The position numbers and the translations under genes were made by a program. Source: Negativicutes bacterium (GTDB lineage: Bacteria > Bacillota > Negativicutes > JAGPMH01). Taken from it: a stretch of DNA of 64,000 nucleotides. This document shows positions 8,361 through 17,935 of this stretch, one piece after another. The stretch lies in contig JAGPMH010000001.1 of NCBI GenBank assembly GCA_018052945.1, positions 8,220 to 72,219 of the forward strand. The letters run 5' to 3'. The notes below the pieces were generated by a model. It was not told where the DNA came from and searched no databases. It worked only from the letters and a program-made list of their open reading frames with translations. The first letter of the stretch is position 1. The number at the start of each line of letters is the position of its first letter.

Positions 8361-8816
8361 CTATTTATTGCTTTTTTGTGTTAGGATTTTTATAAATTTA
8401 GCACCGGTGTTTTTAATGCGACGCATCGGCGCCACTTTAACCTTAACTGTAGGTTTCATATCTTTGACGGCACCAAAATCGGCACGCTTAATGTGCGTAA
8501 CTTTTAGCTTGTCAGCTTTGAAAAATGTTTTGAGGATATTTAAGATTTGACTTGGTAAAAATGAATCTTTGTTTGAATATAAGTCAATAGAAACATATTT
8601 TGCTTCTGGATAAGCATGAATAGCGATATGGCTTTCAGGAAATAAAGCGATTAAAGAAAAGTTACCAGAATCATGGTGATCAGCAATGGCTGATAATGGC
8701 AGATTTATCAAAATGGCAATTTCATGAAGCAGACTTTTTAAAGCGGCAATATCAGTAATTTTTGCAGATTTGCAATCATACATATCAACACTAAGATTTT
8801 TGTTAATTATCGTCAT
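8361..8816 (-). CDS. speH: Pyruvoyl-dependent S-adenosylmethionine decarboxylase proenzyme (class 1b SpeH/SpeD family) with a Lys-rich C-terminal extension
   Basis: Conserved self-processing site FPESHIAIHAYPE (E-S cleavage; Ser becomes pyruvoyl). Similar to B. subtilis SpeD around [26 protein letters not shown]. Confidence 0.7.
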   Translation of the reverse strand: MTIINKNLSVDMYDCKSAKITDIAALKSLLHEIAILINLPLSAIADHHDSGNFSLIALFPESHIAIHAYPEAKYVSIDLYSNKDSFLPSQILNILKTFFKADKLKVTHIKRADFGAVKDMKPTVKVKVAPMRRIKNTGAKFIKILTQKSNK

Positions 8817-9017
8817 TTAAATAATAATCCCTTTCGTAAAATAAATTCTCTTCAAATTATAATTATAAATTGTTATCTAAGTAAAGTAAAGAGTAGGCTA
8901 TTGATCTAAGTAAGGGATATAGTGCATAAGAAGGTAAATGCTTGGTTGAATGAGAACTATATTCATGGTAAAATGTTGGAAGAATTAATAATCTGTAATA
9001 TAAGGAGAGTTGATATT

Positions 9018-9959
9018 ATGACTAAAACAATAACAGCTGTTTTAAATATTAAATACCCGATTTTACAAGGTGGCATGGCGTGGGTTTCAGAAGCGAAATT
9101 AGCAGCGGCTGTTTCTAATGCTGGTGGTGCTGGCATTATTGCGGCTGGTGGTAGAACACCTGAATATATTAGAGAACAAATTAAGTTAGCTAGAACTTTA
9201 ACGGATAAGCCTTTTGGAGTAAATATTCAATTAATGGCTCCGAATAAAGAAGAAATTTTGGCGGTAGTTTGTGAGGAAAAAGTTTCTTTTGTTACATTAG
9301 GAGCCGGTAATCCAGTGCCGTTTTTTGAAAAACTTAAAAATTCAGGGGTTAAAGTTATTCCGGTAGTGCCAAATGTAAAGTTAGCGAAAAGAGTGGAAAG
9401 TGCCGGTGCTGATGCGATTATTGTGGAAGGAATGGAAGCTGGTGGTCATATTGGTTCGTTAACGACAATGGCGTTAATGACTCAAGTTATTCCTGAAGTT
9501 GATATTCCGGTAGTTGTTGCCGGCGGGTTTGCGGATGGACGTGGCTTAGCGGCGGCGCTTACTATGGGAGCGGCCGGCGTACAAATGGGTACAAGATTTT
9601 TAATTGCTGAAGAGTGTGCCGTCCATGATAATGTTAAAGCTAAATTATTAGAAGCTGCAGATACTGATTCTGTTGTAACCGGACAAAGTATTGATCATTG
9701 CGTTCGTGGTGTTAAAAATAAATTTTCGCTAAGTTTTATTTCTTTAGAAAAACAAAAAATAAGTGAAGAAGAATTGGTAAAATTAGCAACGGGAACTAAT
9801 CGCTTGGCCGCGGTTGATGGTGATGTGGAAAATGGGATGGTTCAAGCTGGACAAAGCTTGTTACCATTGCGGAAAATTGAACCGGTGGCTAAAATAATTG
9901 AAGACATTGTAGCTGAAGCTAACAAATGTTTCAAAGAAACAGCGGGATTGGTTCTATAA
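9018..9959 (+). CDS. FMN-dependent NPD-family oxidoreductase (enoyl-ACP reductase II FabK-like / nitronate monooxygenase)
   Basis: ILQGGMAWVSEAKLAAAVSNAGGAGIIAAG motif and TIM-barrel NPD fold. ATG at 9018 follows TAAGGAGAG; the longer ORF from 8922 lacks an RBS. Confidence 0.7.
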   Translation: MTKTITAVLNIKYPILQGGMAWVSEAKLAAAVSNAGGAGIIAAGGRTPEYIREQIKLARTLTDKPFGVNIQLMAPNKEEILAVVCEEKVSFVTLGAGNPVPFFEKLKNSGVKVIPVVPNVKLAKRVESAGADAIIVEGMEAGGHIGSLTTMALMTQVIPEVDIPVVVAGGFADGRGLAAALTMGAAGVQMGTRFLIAEECAVHDNVKAKLLEAADTDSVVTGQSIDHCVRGVKNKFSLSFISLEKQKISEEELVKLATGTNRLAAVDGDVENGMVQAGQSLLPLRKIEPVAKIIEDIVAEANKCFKETAGLVL

Positions 9960-9977
9960 TAGTAAGAGGAGGTCATT

Positions 9978-11156
9978 ATGAATAATATTAGTTTAACAAA
10001 AGGTGTCTACTATGTAGGGGCAGTTGATTGGGATCAAAGAGATTTCCACGGCTATGCTACTGGACGAGGGGTTACCTATAATTCATATTTAATTGTTGAT
10101 GAAAAAGTTTGTTTAGTAGATGCGGTTAAAGCGCCCTTTGCTGAAGAATTTATTGATAGAATAAAGAGTATTATTGATCCTAGTAAAATTGATTATATTG
10201 TAATAAATCACGTAGAACCTGATCATTCTAGTGCTTTGCCTCAATTGATGGCACTTGCACCAAATGCAAAAGTTGTTTTAACGGCTCATGGTAAAACGGA
10301 AGTGCTAAAATATTACCAACAAGAATATGACTTTATGGTAGTTAAAGAAGGCGATAGTATTTCTTTAGGGCAAAGAAATCTTAGCTTTATTCCCTTGCCA
10401 ATGATTCATTGGCCTGATTCGATGGCTTGTTATTTAGATGGTGATAATATTTTATTTTCTAATGATGCTTTTGGACAACATTTGTGTACCAGTAAAAGGT
10501 TTGATGATGAAGTCGATATGTATTTAGCACTTGAAGAAGCTGGTAAATATTATGCTAATATTTTAATGCCGTTCAATAAATTAGTAGCGAAAGCTTTGCC
10601 GAAGATTAAAGCCTTAGATATTAAGATTATTGCACCTAGTCATGGTGTTTGTTGGCGTGGTGGGATTGAGGAAATTTTTAAAAAATATGAAAAGTGGTCT
10701 CATAATAACAACGAGGATAAAGTTATTATTGTTTATGATAGTATGTGGGGCGCTACTGAAAAGATGGCTCGGATGATACTTGATGGGGTTGCTAGCACTG
10801 GTGTTACAGCTAGCTTGTATCGTGTTAATAAAACCGAACTAAGTGAAGTCATGGCGCAATTATTAGAATCGAAAGGGATTATTATTGGTTCATCAACTCA
10901 TAATAATTCAGTTCTTAAAACTATCGGTGGATTTTTAACTTATTTACAAGGTCTTAAGCCTACAGGTAAGCTGTGTACCTCTTTTGGTGCTTATGGGTGG
11001 GCTGGTGGTGCTGATAAAACCTTAGCGGAGGTTTTAGCTAAAACTGATATGGAAGTTGAGCCCGGATTATTTGTAAAATGGACTCCGGATAAAGTTGAAA
11101 TAAATCAGTGTTTTGAATTTGGGGTTGCTTTTGGTGAAAAAATATTAAATAAATAG
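9978..11156 (+). CDS. Flavodiiron protein (FprA/rubredoxin:oxygen oxidoreductase type; metallo-beta-lactamase plus flavodoxin domains)
   Basis: N-terminal YYVGAVDWDQRDFHGY..., di-iron site H.EPDHS, C-terminal flavodoxin-like domain. GAGGAGG RBS. Confidence 0.85.
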   Translation: MNNISLTKGVYYVGAVDWDQRDFHGYATGRGVTYNSYLIVDEKVCLVDAVKAPFAEEFIDRIKSIIDPSKIDYIVINHVEPDHSSALPQLMALAPNAKVVLTAHGKTEVLKYYQQEYDFMVVKEGDSISLGQRNLSFIPLPMIHWPDSMACYLDGDNILFSNDAFGQHLCTSKRFDDEVDMYLALEEAGKYYANILMPFNKLVAKALPKIKALDIKIIAPSHGVCWRGGIEEIFKKYEKWSHNNNEDKVIIVYDSMWGATEKMARMILDGVASTGVTASLYRVNKTELSEVMAQLLESKGIIIGSSTHNNSVLKTIGGFLTYLQGLKPTGKLCTSFGAYGWAGGADKTLAEVLAKTDMEVEPGLFVKWTPDKVEINQCFEFGVAFGEKILNK

Positions 11157-11162
11157 TTTTAA

Positions 11163-11195
11163 ACTCTCTCTAAAATTTTTAGGGAGAGTTTTTTT
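11163..11195 (+). terminator. Intrinsic terminator after the flavodiiron gene
   Basis: ACTCTCTC-taaaattttta-GGGAGAGT stem followed by a T7 run. Confidence 0.7.
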
Positions 11196-11204
11196 ATAGA
11201 AGTA

Positions 11205-11266
11205 TTGCCAAAAGTCAAAAAGTCAAATATAATAAGACAAAAGAACAAAAAGTCAAAAGGTCAAAG
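11205..11266 (+). promoter_or_regulatory. ctsR promoter (-35 TTGCCA, 17-nt spacer, -10 TATAAT) overlapped by two pairs of AGTCAAA / GGTCAAA direct repeats (CtsR-operator-like)
   Basis: TTGCCA 11205-11210. AGTCAAA-A-AGTCAAA 11213-11227. TATAAT 11228-11233. AGTCAAA-AG-GTCAAAG 11251-11266. The known CtsR heptad is (A/G)GTCAAA. Confidence 0.6.
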
Positions 11267-11292
11267 TTTTATATGGTGAAGAGGGTGTTCTC

Positions 11293-11745
11293 ATGAGTAA
11301 TGTTGCTGATTTGATAGAAGAATATATTTTGCGAAAATTATCAGTAGAAGAGGATTGTCAAATAGTTTTAAATCGAAATTCAATAGCGGAAGAGATTGCT
11401 TGTGCACCTTCGCAAATAAGTTATGTTTTAAATACTAGATTTACAATAGCGCGAGGGTTTACAGTTGAATCTAGAAGAGGTCTGGGGGGCTATATCAGGA
11501 TTGAACGCAAAAATAATCGTCAAGCCCTATACCAAGAAATACTACAAGAAATAAATGAAAAAACATCTTTTACGGAAATGAAAAATATCATTAGGTATTT
11601 GCTGAAAAATGGGTTTATTAAAAATCGCGAAGTTGCAATTTTAATGCAGGCAATAACTTTTGCCTTTAATAAGGCGATAGCGCCTGATCGAGTTATCTTG
11701 CTGAAATCTTTGTTTATGGCTTTAGCTGATTTTGCTGATGAATGA
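11293..11745 (+). CDS. ctsR: Class III stress-gene repressor CtsR
   Basis: Winged-HTH N-terminus and synteny with mcsA-mcsB-clpC. Confidence 0.9.
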   Translation: MSNVADLIEEYILRKLSVEEDCQIVLNRNSIAEEIACAPSQISYVLNTRFTIARGFTVESRRGLGGYIRIERKNNRQALYQEILQEINEKTSFTEMKNIIRYLLKNGFIKNREVAILMQAITFAFNKAIAPDRVILLKSLFMALADFADE

Positions 11746-11762
11746 TGATAGGAGGAAATAAA

Positions 11763-12272
11763 ATGTTGTGTGATGATTGTAAAAAAAATAGTGCGTGTGT
11801 GCACTTAACGCAAATTATGAATGGGGAAAAAGTTGATAAGCAATTATGTGAACATTGTGCACAAAAATATGGTGAATTGGTTTTTACCAATAGTAATAAT
11901 TTTTCAGTAAATGACTTTTTACATAGTTTATTCAGTAATAATAGTCCTGCCAGCCAGCAACAGCAAAGTCGAGTTTGTGAAAACTGTGGGATGAGCTATA
12001 ATGACTTTACAGCCGGTGGAAAGCTAGGTTGTAGTGAATGTTATAAATGTTTTGATAAAAAATTAGTACCACTGTTAAGACGAATTCATGGTAGTGCAGA
12101 GCATAGTGGTAAAGTACCTAAAAGATCTGGTGGTAAAATCGAGTTAAGAAAGAAAATTAAAGATATAAGAAAAGAGTTAGAAGCGCATATTCTTGCTGAA
12201 GAATATGAAATGGCAGCAAAATTGAGAGATGAAATTCGAACTATTGAAGCGCAAATAGCTAGAAATAATTAA
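11763..12272 (+). CDS. mcsA: McsA, activator of the protein-arginine kinase McsB (zinc-finger plus UVR motif)
   Basis: CDDC...CEHC and CENCG...CSEC zinc fingers. C-terminal UVR-like EYEMAAKLRDEI. ATG at 11763 lies 8 nt after TAGGAGG. Confidence 0.85.
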   Translation: MLCDDCKKNSACVHLTQIMNGEKVDKQLCEHCAQKYGELVFTNSNNFSVNDFLHSLFSNNSPASQQQQSRVCENCGMSYNDFTAGGKLGCSECYKCFDKKLVPLLRRIHGSAEHSGKVPKRSGGKIELRKKIKDIRKELEAHILAEEYEMAAKLRDEIRTIEAQIARNN

Positions 12273-12281
12273 GGTGGTGTA

Positions 12282-13334
12282 ATGATGAGAGATTTATTTA
12301 CTAATCCGTTACCATCTTGGTTAAGTGATAACGGCAAAGATGACAATATTGTTTTATCGAGTCGCGTTAGGTTAGCGCGAAACCTTGAAAAAATCCCATT
12401 TCCAAACATTGCCCAAAAAGAGCAATTGTTTGAGGTGAAAAAGAAAGTTATTGAGGCTGGCAAAAACTTGAATTATGCTACTTATGAAATAGTGGAGTTA
12501 GATGATTTAAAAGCATTAGAGCGAAATGTGTTGGTGGAAAAACACTTAATTAGTACCAATCATATTAAAAATCCAGAAAACAGAGCTGTTCTAGTGAGAA
12601 ATGATGATGCTGTCAGTATTATGGTAAATGAAGAAGATCATCTTAGAATACAAGCAATGGCTCAAGGATTAGACCTTAAAACAGCTTATGTAGTGGCTAG
12701 TGAAGTTGATGATTTGTTGGAAAAATCGTTAGATATTTCTTTTAACGAACATATTGGATATTTAACAGCTTGTCCGACTAATTTAGGAACAGGGTTAAGA
12801 GCCTCTGTAATGGTACACTTGCCGGGGTTAGTTTCAACGAAACAGATTAATCAAATTATTAATGCTGCTCCGCAATTAGGGTTAGCAGTCAGAGGGTTAT
12901 ACGGCGAAGGAACAGAAGCCAAAGGTAATATTTTTCAAATATCAAATCAATTAACTTTAGGATTTAAAGAAGAAGAAATTATTGACAATTTAACAAGTGC
13001 TACTAAGGAAATTATTAATCATGAACAAGTTGCAAGAGCGCGTCTCCACAAAAGTTCTAAAGAAAATTTAAATGATGAAATTTGGCGAGCCTTTGGAATT
13101 TTACGATATGCACAGGTGTTGACAGCGGATGAAGCATTAGCTTTAGCGAGCAAAGTGCAAGTAGGAATTGACTTAGGAATAATAGATATTGCTCCGAAAA
13201 ATTTTTTCAATGAATTAATGGTCATCAGTAGACCTAATTATTTATATAAAATTATTGGTGAAGAGTGTTTTAAAATAAATGATATTAATTTATATCGTGC
13301 TCAAGTTATTAGGGAAAAGCTAAAAAAATGTTAA
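12282..13334 (+). CDS. mcsB: Protein arginine kinase McsB
   Basis: Phosphagen-kinase (ATP:guanido phosphotransferase) fold, including CPTNLGTGLRASV. Confidence 0.9.
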   Translation: MMRDLFTNPLPSWLSDNGKDDNIVLSSRVRLARNLEKIPFPNIAQKEQLFEVKKKVIEAGKNLNYATYEIVELDDLKALERNVLVEKHLISTNHIKNPENRAVLVRNDDAVSIMVNEEDHLRIQAMAQGLDLKTAYVVASEVDDLLEKSLDISFNEHIGYLTACPTNLGTGLRASVMVHLPGLVSTKQINQIINAAPQLGLAVRGLYGEGTEAKGNIFQISNQLTLGFKEEEIIDNLTSATKEIINHEQVARARLHKSSKENLNDEIWRAFGILRYAQVLTADEALALASKVQVGIDLGIIDIAPKNFFNELMVISRPNYLYKIIGEECFKINDINLYRAQVIREKLKKC

Positions 13335-13351
13335 AGTAAGGTGGTGTTGTT

Positions 13352-15799
13352 ATGAATAACAAATTTACCGGTAGAGCGATAAAGGTTTTGGAACTAGCAA
13401 AAGTAGAAGCGAAGAATTTAAAGCATAATTATATTGGAACAGAACATTTGCTGTTGGGATTGATTGCCGAAGGGGCAGGAGTAGCAGCAAAAGCGTTGAA
13501 ATCGTTAGATATAAAGCTGGAGAATGTTCGTGAGAATGTTGCAGCGATAGTTGGGCTTGGTGATTATGGCGGTGAAAGCATCGGTTATACTCCGCGGACT
13601 AAATGGGTAATGGAATTAGCGGCGAAAGAAGCGCAAGCTTTAGGACATAATTATATTGGAACAGAGCATATATTACTAGGTTTAACTAGAGATGCAGAGT
13701 CGATGGCAGGAAAAGTGTTAAATGCATTAGGTGTTGATTTAGAAAATGTGCGCAAGGCAATTGTAAAGTTGCTAAATAATATTAATACCAATATGAGCAA
13801 TAATAATGAGGGTAATAATGTTGGGCATAATGTTAAGCCGGAAAGTATGCCAACGCCGAATTTACATGAGTTTGGCAAAGACTTGAATGCGATGGCGGAA
13901 CATAATAAAATAGATCCGGTTATTGGTCGTTCTAGCGAAATTGAACGTGTCATTCAAATTTTGAGCCGACGGACGAAAAATAATCCGGTCTTAATAGGTG
14001 AACCGGGAGTTGGAAAAACAGCGATTGCAGAAGGGTTAGCACAAAGAATTGTTGAGGGAAAAGTACCGGAAGTTATTGCTGATAAAAGGGTTATATCTTT
14101 AAATCTATCTTCAGTAATTGCTGGTTCTAAATATCGGGGAGAATTTGAAGAGAGATTCAAGAAAATAATGGAAGAAATCGTTTTGGCTGGTAATGTGATT
14201 TTATTTATTGATGAGATGCATACTTTAATTGGTGCCGGCGGTGCTGAAGGAGCGATTGATGCTGCTAATATCTTAAAGCCGGTGTTAGCGCGAGGTGAAA
14301 TTCAAGTTATTGGAGCTACGACCTTAAATGAATATAAAAAATATATTGAAAAGGATTCAGCCTTAGAACGAAGATTTCAACCTATTATTGTGGGAGAGCC
14401 GAATACTGAAGATGCTATTGAAATTTTAAAGGGTTTAAGAGATCGCTACGAGGCTTTTCATAAAGCTAATATTTTAGACGAAGCTATTGTAGCGGCGGTA
14501 AAGTTATCGCAACGCTATATTGCAGATCGATTTTTGCCGGATAAAGCGATTGACTTAATGGATGAAGCGGCTTCGAAAGTCAGATTAAACTCATTGGCAA
14601 TTCCTGATGACGTGAAGGCGCTTGAAATAAAACTACAAAAATTAAATGCAGAAAAAGAAGCAGCGATTACGGCTCAAGAATATGAAACCGCGGCTAAAAT
14701 AAGAGATGAAGAAAACAAATTAAAAGAAGAGTTAGAGCAGGCGCAAAAACATAGCAACGATAAACAAAAGAAAATAGTTGTTACAGCTGAAGATATTGCT
14801 CAAGTAGTAGCCGATTGGACAAAAATTCCGGTAAAAAAATTAATTGCAGAAGAAAGCGAGAAATTATTAAAGCTGGAAGAGATTTTACACAAAAGAATTG
14901 TCGGGCAAGATGAGGCTGTTACGGCGGTAGCAAAAGCAATTAGAAGAGCCAGAACGGGATTGAAAGATCCTAAACGGCCAATCGGTTCATTCTTGTTTTT
15001 AGGGCCTACCGGTGTTGGTAAAACTGAATTAGCGAAAGCTCTAGCAGAGACTTTGTTTGATGATGAAAGTGCTATGGTTAGGTTTGATATGAGTGAATAT
15101 ATGGAAAAACATGCGGTGTCAAGACTAATTGGCGCGCCACCGGGATATGTCGGCTATGATGAAGGCGGACAAATGACTGAGTTAGTAAGAAGAAAACCGT
15201 ACACGGTTATTTTATTAGATGAAATTGAAAAAGCGCATCCTGATTTGTTTAATATCTTATTACAGGTGCTGGAAGACGGAATTTTAACAGATGGACAAGG
15301 TCGTACCGTTGACTTTAAAAATACCGTAATAATTATGACATCTAATGTTGGTGCTAAATATTTAAAAGCTGAAGAAGGCAAAGCGCTGGGTTTTTCAACC
15401 GGCACTGAAGAAAAACCTAAATCTGATAATGTTAAGAAAGTAATAGAAGAAGTGAAGAAAATGTTTCGACCAGAGTTTATTAATCGTGTCGATGAACTGT
15501 TGGTCTTTAAGAATTTAGAAAAAAGTGAACTGAGAACTATTGTGGATTTATTGCTGGAAGGTATCAATAAAAGATTAGCGGATATGAAAATTATTATTAG
15601 CTTATCACCGGCAGCTAAAGATTTTATAGTGCAAGAAGGTACAGATATAGTTTATGGAGCAAGACCATTAAAAAGAGCCTTGCAAAAAATGATTGAAGAT
15701 GAAATTGCTGATATGATTTTGCGGAATGAGATTAAAAATGATGTTACAATAAAAGTTGATATTCAAAATGATAAATTAAATTTTGCAGTAGAAAACTGA
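13352..15799 (+). CDS. clpC: ATP-dependent Clp protease ATP-binding subunit ClpC
   Basis: Two Clp_N repeats, two AAA+ modules (GEPGVGKT, GPTGVGKT) and a UVR linker. Confidence 0.95.
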   Translation: MNNKFTGRAIKVLELAKVEAKNLKHNYIGTEHLLLGLIAEGAGVAAKALKSLDIKLENVRENVAAIVGLGDYGGESIGYTPRTKWVMELAAKEAQALGHNYIGTEHILLGLTRDAESMAGKVLNALGVDLENVRKAIVKLLNNINTNMSNNNEGNNVGHNVKPESMPTPNLHEFGKDLNAMAEHNKIDPVIGRSSEIERVIQILSRRTKNNPVLIGEPGVGKTAIAEGLAQRIVEGKVPEVIADKRVISLNLSSVIAGSKYRGEFEERFKKIMEEIVLAGNVILFIDEMHTLIGAGGAEGAIDAANILKPVLARGEIQVIGATTLNEYKKYIEKDSALERRFQPIIVGEPNTEDAIEILKGLRDRYEAFHKANILDEAIVAAVKLSQRYIADRFLPDKAIDLMDEAASKVRLNSLAIPDDVKALEIKLQKLNAEKEAAITAQEYETAAKIRDEENKLKEELEQAQKHSNDKQKKIVVTAEDIAQVVADWTKIPVKKLIAEESEKLLKLEEILHKRIVGQDEAVTAVAKAIRRARTGLKDPKRPIGSFLFLGPTGVGKTELAKALAETLFDDESAMVRFDMSEYMEKHAVSRLIGAPPGYVGYDEGGQMTELVRRKPYTVILLDEIEKAHPDLFNILLQVLEDGILTDGQGRTVDFKNTVIIMTSNVGAKYLKAEEGKALGFSTGTEEKPKSDNVKKVIEEVKKMFRPEFINRVDELLVFKNLEKSELRTIVDLLLEGINKRLADMKIIISLSPAAKDFIVQEGTDIVYGARPLKRALQKMIEDEIADMILRNEIKNDVTIKVDIQNDKLNFAVEN

Positions 15800-15859
15800 T
15801 TATAACAATATGAGGATATTGATATTTTCAATATCCTCATAACATTAAGGGGAACTTTT

Positions 15860-17227
15860 ATGGCTAAGAAAAAAACTGTATATTTATGCCAAGAATGTGG
15901 ATATGATTCACCAAAATGGCTCGGCAAATGTCCCGGTTGTGGTCAGTGGAACACCATGGTCGAAGAAATTATCAAAACTGAAATACATAATAAAGGTTTA
16001 AATTTAGGCTTAACTTCAGGGAGCTTTCCGGTACCAATTAGTAGTGTTGAAATTCAAGATTTGCCACGCTTTTTATCAGGCTCAGGAGAGCTAGATCGCG
16101 TACTCGGCGGGGGCGTTATTCCGGGATCATTGGTGTTGATTGTAGGTGATCCAGGGGTTGGGAAATCAAGTTTAACATTGAAGGTTTGTGCGGATATTGC
16201 GAACAGTCATGGTAGAGTATTGTATGTGACGGGAGAAGAAAGTGTTAGGCAGGTGCGGTTAAGGGCTGATCGATTAAAGGCGTTGAGTGATAACTTATTA
16301 GTACTAAGTGAAACCAATATGGAAACGATAACAGAACAAGCGTTGAAGTTAAAACCGGAATTATTGGTAATTGACTCTATTCAAACAGTGTTTAAACCTG
16401 AAATTCAAAGTGCGCCGGGTAGTGTCAGTCAAGTTCGAGAAAGTGCAGTAGAATTGTTGCGATTAGCGAAAAATAATGCAATTGCTATTTTTGTTGTCGG
16501 TCATGTTACGAAAGATGGGGTGCTAGCCGGGCCAAGAGTATTGGAACATATTGTTGATACGGTGCTATATTTTGAAGGTGAGAGAAATGCACAATTTAGA
16601 ATATTACGAGCAGTGAAAAATCGTTTTGGCAGTACGAATGAGATTGGTTTATTTGATATGAGAGCAGAAGGTTTGGTCGATGTTCCTGATGCTTCTAAAT
16701 TGTTTTTATCAGAAAGAAATGATGAATATTCAGGCAGTGTGGTTGTGCCAACGGTAGAAGGTAGCAGACCGCTATTAGTGGAAGTGCAAGCGTTGGTAGC
16801 GCAAACTCCTTATATGCCACCGCGAAGAACTTCTGATTGTATTGATGTCAAAAGAATTCAATTATTATTAGCCGTTTTGGAAAAAAGAGTTGGAATGATG
16901 ATTGGGAGTGCAGATGTGTTTGTTAAAGTTGCCGGTAGTATCAAAATTGATGAACCGGCAATTGATTTAGCATTAGCTGTAGCATTAGCATCAAGCTTTA
17001 GGAATGAAGATATAATGGCTAAGACTGTAATTTTTGGTGAAGTTGGATTAGCTGGAGAAGTTAGAGCTGTTTCACAGGCGGAGATGAGAATCAGAGAAGC
17101 CGGTAAATTGGGTTTTAAAAATATAATTTTACCAAAGAAAAATCTGGATAATATGGAATCTATAACTGGAATGAATTTATATGGAGTAGAAACATTGGAA
17201 GAAACTTTAAGAATAGCACTGAATTAA
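15860..17227 (+). CDS. radA: DNA repair protein RadA (Sms)
   Basis: N-terminal C4 zinc finger CQECGYDSPKWLGKCPGCGQW, RecA-like GDPGVGKS, KNRFG motif and Lon-like C-terminal domain. Confidence 0.95.
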   Translation: MAKKKTVYLCQECGYDSPKWLGKCPGCGQWNTMVEEIIKTEIHNKGLNLGLTSGSFPVPISSVEIQDLPRFLSGSGELDRVLGGGVIPGSLVLIVGDPGVGKSSLTLKVCADIANSHGRVLYVTGEESVRQVRLRADRLKALSDNLLVLSETNMETITEQALKLKPELLVIDSIQTVFKPEIQSAPGSVSQVRESAVELLRLAKNNAIAIFVVGHVTKDGVLAGPRVLEHIVDTVLYFEGERNAQFRILRAVKNRFGSTNEIGLFDMRAEGLVDVPDASKLFLSERNDEYSGSVVVPTVEGSRPLLVEVQALVAQTPYMPPRRTSDCIDVKRIQLLLAVLEKRVGMMIGSADVFVKVAGSIKIDEPAIDLALAVALASSFRNEDIMAKTVIFGEVGLAGEVRAVSQAEMRIREAGKLGFKNIILPKKNLDNMESITGMNLYGVETLEETLRIALN

Positions 17228-17266
17228 ATTTGACATTGATATTAACATGTGCTAAAATAATAAACT

Positions 17267-17295
17267 TTGACAGGGTTAAGCGCATGTGCTATACT
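17267..17295 (+). promoter_or_regulatory. Sigma-A-type promoter for the CarD/CdnL-like gene
   Basis: TTGACA (17267-72), 17-nt spacer, TATACT (17290-95). Confidence 0.55.
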
Positions 17296-17318
17296 TCTAA
17301 TATATAGGAGGTGCTGAT

Positions 17319-17813
17319 GTGCTAACTGTGGGAGATAAAGTAGTCTATCCAATGCATGGCGCCGGTGTAATAGAAGGCATTGAAGAATGTGAAGTAATGG
17401 GTGAAATCAAACAGTACTATGTGCTAAGAATGCCTTTTGGCGGTATGAAAGTTATGATCCCGATGAACAATGTTGATAGCATTGGTCTGCGAGAAGTCAT
17501 TGCCGAAACTGAAGTTGAAAAAGTAGCAAATGTATTAAGAGAACCTCTATCAGAGGTTATAGGTAGTTGGAATAGAAGGTTTAACGCTAATTTGTTCAAG
17601 ATAAAAACAGGGAATGTTTTTGATGTTGCGGAAGTTGTAAAAAATTTGGTCTTACAAGATAAGGTTAAGAAAATATCTACAGGTGAACGTAGATTGTTAG
17701 ATACAGCAAAGCAAATATTGATTAGTGAACTTGTGTTAGCTTGTAATAAAGATGCTGAGACAGTTGAAGCATGGATGTACAACTTGCTTGAAGAAAATAC
17801 GCCAGGCAACTGA
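17319..17813 (+). CDS. CarD/CdnL-family RNA-polymerase-binding transcription factor
   Basis: N-terminal CarD_TRCF RID-like domain (GDKVVYPMHGAGVIEGIEE...YYVLRM), about 160 aa. GTG start after TAGGAGGTG. Confidence 0.8.
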   Translation: MLTVGDKVVYPMHGAGVIEGIEECEVMGEIKQYYVLRMPFGGMKVMIPMNNVDSIGLREVIAETEVEKVANVLREPLSEVIGSWNRRFNANLFKIKTGNVFDVAEVVKNLVLQDKVKKISTGERRLLDTAKQILISELVLACNKDAETVEAWMYNLLEENTPGN

Positions 17814-17935
17814 CGTATTTTTTTTATTCAAAATATATAAAATTTTACATAAAAGCAAAAAAAATCAATAATATTTTACATTGAATAATCTGTAATTTTT
17901 ATATATTATTAGAAGGAAACAGGAAAGGAGGTGAA

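Noticed and set aside
8922-9017. Long N-terminal extension of the FabK/NMO-like ORF starting at 8922
   Set aside because: No RBS. The extension is not part of the NPD fold. ATG 9018 is preceded by TAAGGAGAG and gives the conserved MTKTITAVLNIKYPILQGGM N-terminus.
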